A stretch of 51,937 nucleotides of DNA from Flectonema sp. DT1601 (Eukaryota). The DNA is taken from assembly GCA_964019425.1 (NCBI GenBank), contig OZ025780.1, positions 1,860,001 to 1,911,937 of the forward strand. Direction: 5' to 3'. Within the stretch, counting starts at the first letter, position 1; each line of letters opens with the position of its first letter. This document shows, one piece after another, positions 31,833-40,694 of this stretch. A program made the translations under genes and the position numbers. The notes beneath the pieces were generated by a model. It ran no database searches. It saw only the letters and a program-made list of their open reading frames with translations, and had not been told where the DNA came from.

Positions 31833-34800
31833 TCAGAGGTCTCCATGGGAAGGGATATCCGCATTCGCATACCAGTGGACATCACGGAGCGCATTCTGTA
31901 TGGCATATAGAAGGCAGTTACCGTCCGATCCTGTTCGCCGCATCTCGAGCCCAAAGAGATGCCACATGACGTAGGCGTATTCTTGTGATGGGTGAGTGAA
32001 TGTTGGATCCAAACGGGTTGCTGAACCGAGGTAAGCCTGAGGATCGAAGGCAGGAAGTTCCATCCTCTTCCGTTTTCGAGCAACTTCTGAAGGCGCACGC
32101 GTCGAAGAAGAAGATGGATCCTTTTTTTGTGCCGCGATCTTGTGCCACACGGTGGACAGCGATTCGAGAGATGTTTTTACTCCGAAGAAAGGTTTCAAAT
32201 TGATGTAGTGGGTGTGCAGGCCCCCTGCCGTTTCGCAACTCCACAGGAAGATGACCCTGGAACTCTGCAACAACAGCCATCTGAGTTCTTCATGCACGGT
32301 TCTCTGTGAAGCCCCCTCCTCCTCCTTCTTCTCTGGGAAGGTAACGATCTGACTGAGGCCGTCTTGTTTCAGCAGCACAATGTCTAACTGCAGGATTCTG
32401 GAAGCCGCGTCGACTGCTCGATCCGTGAGCCATGCTGATCTCCAACTGCTGTGTTCGGAATCCGATGATGATGATGATGATGATGATGGGCAACCGTCGT
32501 CACTTCTCTGCTGCTGCTCATCTAAGAGTTGTATCTGCTGACCGATATACTTGCGGAAGCTTTCCGGATCCGAAGTGATGGAAGCAGTATCCACAAACCA
32601 CGCGGAATCACCGAGCGCAGTGCAGATGGCGGAATGCAGACAATCACAGTCAGCCTTGGTGTTTCCGAGGGCCAAGCCGAAGAGGCTTTGCAGCACATGG
32701 TCGTAGACATGCATCGGATACGACCGCTCGCTGTCGAGGCGCACTCCAGGAGCGAGGTATATCTCAGGGCTGAGCCACTTCGGCAGGCTAAGCCCCGCTG
32801 TCTGGTCGGGTTCGAAGGTGTCGGGTATTCTGGTCCACTCTTCAACTTGCTGTGAAACGCCGACGAACTGCTGCTCTTTGATGTTTTGTTGCTCTTCCAC
32901 GACAGCGTCCGGGTCTTGCGGTGCGTCCGTCCACTCGTGGTACTCTTCGACCCCAGCTGGCCTTGCAACGTTGCCCCTCGCTGCCTTCGAAGCTTCTTCA
33001 GCGACTCTGCGGATCTCCGCTCGGGATCGCGGACTGAGGGGATGGCCGCGGATTGCCTGCTCGACGCTGCTAATGACGTTCAGCTGGACGGGATTCCTGA
33101 ACGACTCCCTCTTAGCCGGCTGCGTTGCGACGCGAATATCAGCAGCGTGTCGGACGCGCGTAAATGCCACGTAGGCTTGTCCGTGTGCGAAGAACTCCGA
33201 TTTCGTCAAGTCAAGCCCAAGACGATCAACGGTTTGCCCCTGGAGCTTATTCACTGTGAGGGCAAACGCATTACGCACGGGAAACTGAACACGCTCCATC
33301 TCGAAGGGGACTTTTCCTGGTTCCGGTGTCAGCTTGATCCTAGGGATCAGCACGAACTCCCTTGTCCTGCGGTCCTGGCAATAGAGTACTTTCCGGTGAC
33401 AGCGGATGACCACCAGCCTCGACCCGTTGCAGATGCGTGCACCGCTTCCGGAGTAAATGTTCCGAGTGCAGATGATCGGAGAGTTCACCTTGAGCAGCAG
33501 CTTTTGGGGAGGCAGCCCTGCGGTGACTTGCGACATGTAGTCCTCGGTGGCCAAGTCAGGCGAGGCAGTCTCGGTGCAGCGATTGGCGGCGATGAATTCG
33601 AACACCCTGCCTGGGAAGGTATTGAGGCAAGCAGCGTTTAGCTCGTCGACGTCGCTGTTGAGTAGGGAGGCAATTGCAACGTTCTCGTCGATGATGCCTT
33701 CGTCCAGCTGGGGATACACGAAATTGATGAGGTCTTGCCGTACGTAGATGCGTTCTCCGGAGTTGCCAATCCTGCCGTACAATCGTGTCCAGCCGTTGAT
33801 GTCACAATTAACACCCTTCCCGAGGCCCTGAGTCCACTTCAAGTAACCCTCATCCTGAATCCGCATGCTCTTTGTCAACTCCACCGCCTGAAACCCGTCA
33901 CCACCCCAGAGATACGATGTATGAAGCGAAGCATTTAAAGCAGGCATGTCGCCATCTGCCCTCACAATCGGAAGTGTCTGCTGTAAGTCGGCGATGATAA
34001 TCATGGGGCACCCTCCGAACCGCTTGTTCCACTTGTGTGAACGGATGCGACGCATGGTCCTGTCGAGCAACTCAAAATGGCGGCGGTCCGTCATTCCTGC
34101 TTCGTCCCATAAGATGCAACTGCACTCCTGCAGCGCCCTCCACTGCTTGCCGTATTCTGTGATGTTGAGCACCTGCAGTTGTTGGTTGTCGTTCAGGACG
34201 ATGGGGAGTCGGAAGCGCGAGTGAGCGGTTGTTCCAAGCTCGAGCAAGGTAGCGGCAATTCCCGTCGAAGCAACCGCAATCACACTCCGTGGTACACAGA
34301 TTCCCTGTTCTCCGCGGGTACTCCTCGCCCAATTCAGGAAGCAGTTGGCAAGAAATGTTTTACCGGTTCCAGCTGGGGCCTGCACAAAGATGGTGTCACC
34401 TGCGCCGCCTCCCTCTGCCTTGCGAACCGCGTTCTGCAGCATCTCCAACGCCGCAGATTGGTCGCGGTTGCTGCTTCGGATGAGTACCGCACTCTTTTCG
34501 TAGGCAGAGTAGTATTCCTCGGCCTTCCTCCTAGCAAGCATGACCCCCATTGGGATGGACACTCCTCCGGTCGGCAGCGGCAGCGGAAGCTCTTCGTCGA
34601 GATTAACCATCGGCAACCCATCCTCGTTGCTGAGTAGCTGGTGGATGTCGAGAATGCACTCGCGCTCGCGCTCGGGTGGGATGAATCCAACACCGTGAAC
34701 CTCCTCTTGCAGCTGCCGCTCCTGCGCGCTGAGACGCTCGTCGTAGCACATCTTGCCTCTGAATCGCTCCCAAGCGCCCTTGATGCAGTTGAGCATCCCG

Positions 34801-37800
34801 CAGCTGATCAGAACGGCGAAAAGGTACCGAACATACATCGAGGAGTAGCACTTCGCTGCTTCGAGCGCCGACTCCGCCTCCTTGTCGTCGAGAAAGAGCC
34901 CAAGTGCTGTCGCAGCAGCCAGCATCGTGTCGTGAACCACGCCGTCGACCGTCATGGCATCATCGAAGCTCTTCAGGCCTGGGCGCGCGTTGAGGATCAG
35001 CCGCAGGCAATACGCTTCGGTGTCACGGGGTGATACCCAAAAAATCCTGCCTATTTGAACGTCGGTCCAGCGCCTACCTGTTGTGTCCTTGCGCCGGAAG
35101 CGAGATTCTTCGCGCGAATACTCATATCCTTGGCGCAGCTTCCACTCACCCTTGACGTAGCTAAAATAGGTGGGGAAGTCGCGGTACAACAGGGTGCGAC
35201 AACCGTCGGATTGGTTCTTGTCGTTGAAATTGAACCAAGCCAGCAGTGTGGTGCTTTTGGACGCGACCTTCTCGGCCAACTCATCCACGGTGTCGTCGCT
35301 GTTGAAGAAGATGGTCTCCTTCCCCTTGACGTGGATGTCAAGCCGTTTGACAGCTGGGACGTTGGAGTGTTGAGGCATGCTCAGAAGGCGGCCCGCAGCC
35401 TCGCAAGAACCCATGACCCTTGCATTCTGGTACTGGGTCACTTCGTCTTGCACTTCCCTCGCACCTTCCTGCTTCAAGACAAAGCTCAGTCCAGGCTCTG
35501 CCTTCGTAATGTACTTGAATAAGTACCCGACGCAGTCGCCCATGCCGTTGGTTAACTCGACGTTGATGTGAGTTTGGTACCTCATCATCAAGCCGGCGTT
35601 GTAGGGAACCACCCATTCGTTCCCCTGTCCTCTGTGAGTGGTGACGCCTGTCCGACGTCGGCGAATGGTCGAGAACCCGGACACACCTATGTGCGATATG
35701 TCCGTGAATGGTTTCGGGAAGTTGTTCTTGCAGTAGAGTTTCCCATCCTTCCCTTGCTTGTGGCACGGGCAGATCACGCCCTGGCGAGAGCAGTCGTTGT
35801 GCACCATCTTCGAAGCAATGAGGCTGTAGAGGGCTGGCTGCCTTACCGGGTCGGGTAGTTCGGCATGGACCACCGAGTCGATGTCCTCAGCTGCTGCTGG
35901 TGGATGCTTGTTCCAGGCGAGGAGGTGCATGTGCGGAAGTCCCCGCTGCTGATACTCGTAAACCCAGACAATGGCGTTGTTCTTGCCGAGAACCCCGCTT
36001 CGGATGTCTTCGCGCAGAGCACGTGCCTTGCCGTCCCAGACACGCATGATGAGCTCCGGTCGGTCGTTGGGTCTCTGGTTCAAAGCCTCCCCGCCTTCTC
36101 GCAAGATCTGCTGGATCTCCGGCCACTGGGTGTTGCATGTCATGGTGACGAAGAAGGTTGGTTTGCCGTATTTCGCCATGATCGCAAGCGCGTCTTCCCG
36201 CAGCTCTCTCTTCCCGCGGGGTCCGCCTTTGAACGAAACCGGAAGAATGATGCGTCGGTTTTCGATTGCGGTGGCTGCCTCATTCTGCTGCACCGCCTGC
36301 CTGACGTCGCTGGCCGCCGCCTTCCTGCTGTGCCGAGCTCCAAAGGGTGATCGATACCAGTTGAGACGCAGATGCTCTGCACGTGCCGCCATGTCCAGTA
36401 TGTACACCTGGGTCAACTTGCCAAGGCGCAGGAGCATGTTCTTTCCAGTCCTGAGAGGCCGTTCAAACATGTGAAATCCACCGTACTCCGTGGCACTCAC
36501 GAAGGAGCGCCTGCTGTTATCAGTGTTTTCGGCAGCATAATCGCCATTGTAATCTACCTCACGGCCAGCGTCGCTGTTGTTGTTTCGGGGACGAAATCTC
36601 CTGTACTTGCCTAAACCCCAACCGCAGTGGAAGACACGCACTGCATCTTCCTGACCACCACCGCTGGCCTTCCACTCCCAAGACGGGGTGGGAAAGATCA
36701 CGGGGTAACTCAGAATCTCGTACAACGGATCTTTCTCATCAATGAACAGCTTCCGACTTCGTGGGGCGGGTACCGATGCCGAATCTCCAAAAAACAACGT
36801 GATCTTCCGATTGTCCCTCTTGATGGAGTCGTGGTCCAGGTCGAGGACGATCCTGATCTCGTCGAAGAACTCCTTCGAGGTGTGATCTTCTGCACGGGAC
36901 GGCTGGTGGCGCTCAAGGTTTATGCTGATGGCTATATCTGTCGTTCTACGGTCCCCGTCCTGTTCCTTCGCCAGCGCTTTCTCAGCAGCATCGAGGCACT
37001 CTAGGAAGGGGTGCTGCCTGTTGCTGCTCCCTTTTCTGATGATGACTGCAAGGCGTTTTGCGAAGCCGTGCTCCGTCCCTAACTTGCGGATTTGCGAGTT
37101 TGCGTTGTCGAGGTCGCCAGCAATGTACCAGCTTTGTCTCGGGTTGGTTTTGTCAATCACGGGATCGGTGATGTGATGTGTCCTGCCCTGAATGGAAACT
37201 GACTGGGGACCTGTTGGCTTGGATAGGCAGCTGCGACGCATCAGCGGAACAGCGAATGACAACCTGCTGTTGACAATGTGCGAGACGCTGCGAAACTTTG
37301 ATGTCTTCAACATGTCCTCGACTTCGGGGTGGATGGAGATAAGGTCAAGCTTCGAGGCAGTCCCTGCCGCGCAACACCGTGATGAAGGCTCATAGCAATA
37401 GCGCTCAGCCCCGCACCATTCGCACAAAGTGGGGTCAAGCTGCAGTGGGTTGTACCGAAAATGTGGCAGTTCCGAAATTGGTGTGGGGGATTCGTTCACT
37501 TCATCAAGCGTGATGCAACATGACCCATGCAACTTCCTTCTCCTTCGTCGGAATCTCCTAGGTCTCTTCCATCCTTCCTGGTCTCCCACTGCCAAGGCTG
37601 CCGTTCGTTCAACATCTATCTCCTTGTCCTGAATCTCCGATCGAACACAGCGCTCAAGGAGTCGCACCCTCTCAGGAATTAGCATCCCACAGATCTCAGC
37701 TGCTTCGCGCATTCTGAACACTTCCCTTGCACTGACAGCCATGTCGGCCTTTATCTGGGTGTTGAATCTTTCTTCCAACAGGCGACGTCCGATGGCAATC

Positions 37801-38615
37801 CACCAGCCAGTCAATGCACTGAACTTGGCAGCGATTCCTTGTTGCTGCCATGCACGTATTCCCTCCAGCGGGCGCACTGCTGTGGTGGTGGTGGCTGGCG
37901 ATGAAGTGTTCTTCCTTCTTGTCATCGAAGTGATGGCGACAACACCTGCAAGCAAGATGATTGTTGAAGCGGATGCTGTAGCTGAAAGACGGATGTGAGA
38001 CTTGTACCGAACACCGTTGTTGCCATCGAATCGAAAGGGGTTCATGTAGCAGGCAAGTATGTGTTTACTAAGACCTCTTGGATCGAAGCTTCTTTCACAG
38101 TAACCACACTTCCTTTTACAGGCCTTTTCATGTTCTTCCAGGGCTACCAATGTTCTGAGTGGCGACCCACAGTTCTTGCAGTGATTCTGCTGACCGAACT
38201 GGTTGCGAAGTGCAAGGGAAGCAACACATGGAGCATGCCTGCCTGCGACGGTGTCAGCCACCGCATGTTGCATCTGCTTCAAGATAGCTTCAATTTGCGA
38301 AAGGTGTGCACCTGATTTGAGGACGGTATCCACAATCACAGTAAGCCTGCCGATAAGCGCAGCACAGACATTCTTATCATTGTTGTTGTTGTTCATTCCT
38401 CCAGGCAGTTGTTGCAGTAAGTGCCACCATTTTCTTGCCTGCTGGAGTCGGTACAGGCATCCAACATGCTGGTGTGCCTGGAGATGCAGGAGCTTATTGT
38501 GGTATGTTGGGAGCTGTGCTGATTCCTTTGTCGCATGCAACGCCAGAATAGCAGCTGCAAGAACTGCACATGGATACCCTTCTTGGTGGTGGAGGTATAG
38601 TATAAAGGTTTCCAT
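31833..38615 (-). CDS. Helitron RepHel: zinc fingers, HUH Rep, PIF1-family helicase, OTU-like domains
   Basis: Rep: FFVTMTCN, EYQQRGLPHMH, YLFKYITK. Helicase: APAGTGKT, WDEAGM, DLQQTLP, FALTVNKLQGQT, HGQAYVAFTRV. OTU-like: DCDCL and DGNCLLYA. Confidence 0.95.
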   Translation of the reverse strand: METFILYLHHQEGYPCAVLAAAILALHATKESAQLPTYHNKLLHLQAHQHVGCLYRLQQARKWWHLLQQLPGGMNNNNNDKNVCAALIGRLTVIVDTVLKSGAHLSQIEAILKQMQHAVADTVAGRHAPCVASLALRNQFGQQNHCKNCGSPLRTLVALEEHEKACKRKCGYCERSFDPRGLSKHILACYMNPFRFDGNNGVRYKSHIRLSATASASTIILLAGVVAITSMTRRKNTSSPATTTTAVRPLEGIRAWQQQGIAAKFSALTGWWIAIGRRLLEERFNTQIKADMAVSAREVFRMREAAEICGMLIPERVRLLERCVRSEIQDKEIDVERTAALAVGDQEGWKRPRRFRRRRRKLHGSCCITLDEVNESPTPISELPHFRYNPLQLDPTLCEWCGAERYCYEPSSRCCAAGTASKLDLISIHPEVEDMLKTSKFRSVSHIVNSRLSFAVPLMRRSCLSKPTGPQSVSIQGRTHHITDPVIDKTNPRQSWYIAGDLDNANSQIRKLGTEHGFAKRLAVIIRKGSSNRQHPFLECLDAAEKALAKEQDGDRRTTDIAISINLERHQPSRAEDHTSKEFFDEIRIVLDLDHDSIKRDNRKITLFFGDSASVPAPRSRKLFIDEKDPLYEILSYPVIFPTPSWEWKASGGGQEDAVRVFHCGWGLGKYRRFRPRNNNSDAGREVDYNGDYAAENTDNSRRSFVSATEYGGFHMFERPLRTGKNMLLRLGKLTQVYILDMAARAEHLRLNWYRSPFGARHSRKAAASDVRQAVQQNEAATAIENRRIILPVSFKGGPRGKRELREDALAIMAKYGKPTFFVTMTCNTQWPEIQQILREGGEALNQRPNDRPELIMRVWDGKARALREDIRSGVLGKNNAIVWVYEYQQRGLPHMHLLAWNKHPPAAAEDIDSVVHAELPDPVRQPALYSLIASKMVHNDCSRQGVICPCHKQGKDGKLYCKNNFPKPFTDISHIGVSGFSTIRRRRTGVTTHRGQGNEWVVPYNAGLMMRYQTHINVELTNGMGDCVGYLFKYITKAEPGLSFVLKQEGAREVQDEVTQYQNARVMGSCEAAGRLLSMPQHSNVPAVKRLDIHVKGKETIFFNSDDTVDELAEKVASKSTTLLAWFNFNDKNQSDGCRTLLYRDFPTYFSYVKGEWKLRQGYEYSREESRFRRKDTTGRRWTDVQIGRIFWVSPRDTEAYCLRLILNARPGLKSFDDAMTVDGVVHDTMLAAATALGLFLDDKEAESALEAAKCYSSMYVRYLFAVLISCGMLNCIKGAWERFRGKMCYDERLSAQERQLQEEVHGVGFIPPERERECILDIHQLLSNEDGLPMVNLDEELPLPLPTGGVSIPMGVMLARRKAEEYYSAYEKSAVLIRSSNRDQSAALEMLQNAVRKAEGGGAGDTIFVQAPAGTGKTFLANCFLNWARSTRGEQGICVPRSVIAVASTGIAATLLELGTTAHSRFRLPIVLNDNQQLQVLNITEYGKQWRALQECSCILWDEAGMTDRRHFELLDRTMRRIRSHKWNKRFGGCPMIIIADLQQTLPIVRADGDMPALNASLHTSYLWGGDGFQAVELTKSMRIQDEGYLKWTQGLGKGVNCDINGWTRLYGRIGNSGERIYVRQDLINFVYPQLDEGIIDENVAIASLLNSDVDELNAACLNTFPGRVFEFIAANRCTETASPDLATEDYMSQVTAGLPPQKLLLKVNSPIICTRNIYSGSGARICNGSRLVVIRCHRKVLYCQDRRTREFVLIPRIKLTPEPGKVPFEMERVQFPVRNAFALTVNKLQGQTVDRLGLDLTKSEFFAHGQAYVAFTRVRHAADIRVATQPAKRESFRNPVQLNVISSVEQAIRGHPLSPRSRAEIRRVAEEASKAARGNVARPAGVEEYHEWTDAPQDPDAVVEEQQNIKEQQFVGVSQQVEEWTRIPDTFEPDQTAGLSLPKWLSPEIYLAPGVRLDSERSYPMHVYDHVLQSLFGLALGNTKADCDCLHSAICTALGDSAWFVDTASITSDPESFRKYIGQQIQLLDEQQQRSDDGCPSSSSSSSSDSEHSSWRSAWLTDRAVDAASRILQLDIVLLKQDGLSQIVTFPEKKEEEGASQRTVHEELRWLLLQSSRVIFLWSCETAGGLHTHYINLKPFFGVKTSLESLSTVWHKIAAQKKDPSSSSTRAPSEVARKRKRMELPAFDPQAYLGSATRLDPTFTHPSQEYAYVMWHLFGLEMRRTGSDGNCLLYAIQNALRDVHWYANADIPSHGDL

Positions 38616-39151
38616 TCTGCTGTTCGTGCGTCAGCCTGGAAGGGATTCCCTGGACAGAATGCAATATGTTTAAAAAGTCGATTTCTCCCAAAGTACAAAC
38701 CACAGAAACCACAGGTTCCACTGCACTCAGAAGCGTGCTTCTTTACATATTCAGCAGGGTTGTTGTTGTTGTTGTTGTTGATTCTTCCTGGGTCCGTGAG
38801 CTGCAGCCCACAGTTTGTGCACTTGCCTTGCACAATGGAATCTTGGTACAATAGTCCATCATCGCTGCTGTCATCACTTCCAATCTCGAAGTCCGTCAAT
38901 ATTTCTTCTTGGAAGTCAAACACTGTTGCAACTGCAGTGGTAGTTGGTGTTACCCTACTGCCTCGTGCAAACTTGCTGGGTGGTTTTGGCAAGCTCCGAC
39001 CAAAGTCGAAGTCCATCAATCTTGCCAGTGCAGGGGTCTGTTGTACACTTTGGACCCTGCTGCCTCGTGTAAACATGCTGGGTGGCTTTGGTGCACTCCT
39101 TGGCAAGTCCATCAACATTACTACTGGCTTGTTAGCTGGTTTGTCAGGCAT
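38393..39151 (-). CDS. Upstream zinc-finger ORF overlapping the RepHel start in another frame
   Basis: CTNC..HASEC-x3-CGFC..HIAFC.GNPF mirrors RepHel CKNC..HEKAC-x3-CGYC..HILAC.MNPF. Confidence 0.6.
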   Translation of the reverse strand: MPDKPANKPVVMLMDLPRSAPKPPSMFTRGSRVQSVQQTPALARLMDFDFGRSLPKPPSKFARGSRVTPTTTAVATVFDFQEEILTDFEIGSDDSSDDGLLYQDSIVQGKCTNCGLQLTDPGRINNNNNNNPAEYVKKHASECSGTCGFCGLYFGRNRLFKHIAFCPGNPFQADARTAEWKPLYYTSTTKKGIHVQFLQLLFWRCMRQRNQHSSQHTTISSCISRHTSMLDACTDSSRQENGGTYCNNCLEE

Positions 39152-39531
39152 TTTACTTATTATCACTGAAAAAAACAGGTTAATAAAACATTTTTGAATA
39201 TCAACAAATGTACAATGTAATAATAAAGTGTGCTACTGACTGATGTTCTGTCCTGTGCCAAAAAAAAAAAAATGAAATTGAAAAAATGGAATTCAAAGAT
39301 TTTTCTTTTACTTTTATTGGTTAGATGTGACAAAGTGGAAATAACTGCAACAAAACTTAACTATAACAAAAAGACAGCTTGGCACCTAAAATTTTCTCCA
39401 CTCAGGAATTTATGAAGAGGTCAAGAGATAACTATAAAAAATGTGTTCCCATCTTTTTTAGGAGATCTGTAGCAAAAAAAAACCTGTAGCAAAAAAAATT
39501 GAAAAAATAAAATTTTTCAGAAAATATTATA

Positions 39532-39801
39532 CTGCAACTGGAAATATTACTGCGCGGAAAAAACCGCACTAATTTCCAAATCTGCAAAAAACCGCACTAA
39601 TTTTTCCACGCAGTAATATTTCCACCGCACTAATATTTCTGCTCAGAAGTGATTTTTTTTCCAGCTGCATTTTTCTGCTGGTGCCTTACACAGCAAAAAA
39701 GCAACCAAATTTTTTTCTACCACCAAGTGGAAAAAACCGCACTAATCTTTTCTCAAAAAAACCGCACTAATTATTCAGCGCAGTAATATTTCCAGTTGCA
39801 G
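39532..39801. mobile_element. 270-bp MITE, 24-bp TIRs, TA target duplication (Tc1/mariner-like)
   Basis: TA-ctgcaactggaaatattactgcgc ... gcgcagtaatatttccagttgcag-TA. The empty site aatattaTAaaggaaa is seen at ~24743 and ~40081. Confidence 0.9.
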
Positions 39802-40248
39802 TAAAGGAAAATTTTAAATTGGCAATCATACACCTAAATTTCAAAACCATACCAAAAAAAAATTTTCATCACATTTTATACTTTAAGAAAATGGTTACCC
39901 ATCTTTTCTAGACCTGCTTGGGCACAAAAACCCAGCTTTCCTTAGGCAAAAATTTTTCTTTGTGTTCAAAAAAAAAAAATTTGAAATTGCTGTAACAAAG
40001 GCAAATAACTGCAAAAGTGAAGGAATTAGAGTGAAAAAAAGATCTGTAGCAAAAAAATTGAAAAAATAAATTTTTCAGAAAATATTATAAAGGAAAATTT
40101 TTTTCTGAAGAATTTTTTTTTTAAATTTCCAAATTGGCAACCATACACCCACAATTTCAAAACCATACCACTTACTAACAAAATTTGTACTCTTTTCCTT
40201 GCTGTTTTCTTCTTACTAATTTTCCTGGTTGAAAAACACAAAAAATAT

Positions 40249-40331
40249 GCTGTAACAGGGAATTGAACCCGTGCCACGGCTACCGAATAGACTTAAGGTC
40301 GGTGACCATATCCACTCGGCTATGCAGGCCC
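40249..40331 (-). pseudogene. tRNA-Leu(TAA)-like remnant
   Basis: Minus strand tagccgagtgg (A box), cttaag, variable-arm hairpin cgg-tag-ccg, gggttcaattccc (B box), then a T-run. Acceptor stem does not pair. Confidence 0.5.
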
Positions 40332-40694
40332 TGGGAAAAAAAAAATTTTTATTTATTTATTTATTTTAAAAAAAGGGATTTTCCATTTTTTATTTATTTA
40401 GTCACATCCCCCCTGTCTTTCCACTTTATTTTTCTTCATTCTGAGCATTTTATAAACCATTCACAACAGGTTTATCGAACTTGTATCTGCAATGTGTGCG
40501 ACCCTGGGATGGAAATATAGGAATTTGGTTATATTAATAAGGGAATGACCATCTTCATCCATTTTGTATTGTTAAACTAATTAAGACAAAATTAAGAATT
40601 GAACTGAGGTTATCGTTCATTACATTATTTTCAATAAAATAGAAATGTGAGAAGAACTACGGGATGGGGAATTTGGCGGAACGCAAGCCCCCCT

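Larger units (their letters stand above)
29243..40185 (-). mobile_element. Helitron 2, RepHel-coding; 3' CTAG at 29243, 5' terminus missing
   Basis: Same 3' end as 13589. RepHel ORF present. 39370-40185 resembles Helitron 1 sequence at ~24490-24960. Confidence 0.85.

Noticed and set aside
40249..40331. Functional tRNA gene
   Set aside because: Acceptor and anticodon stems do not pair properly; kept only as a remnant.
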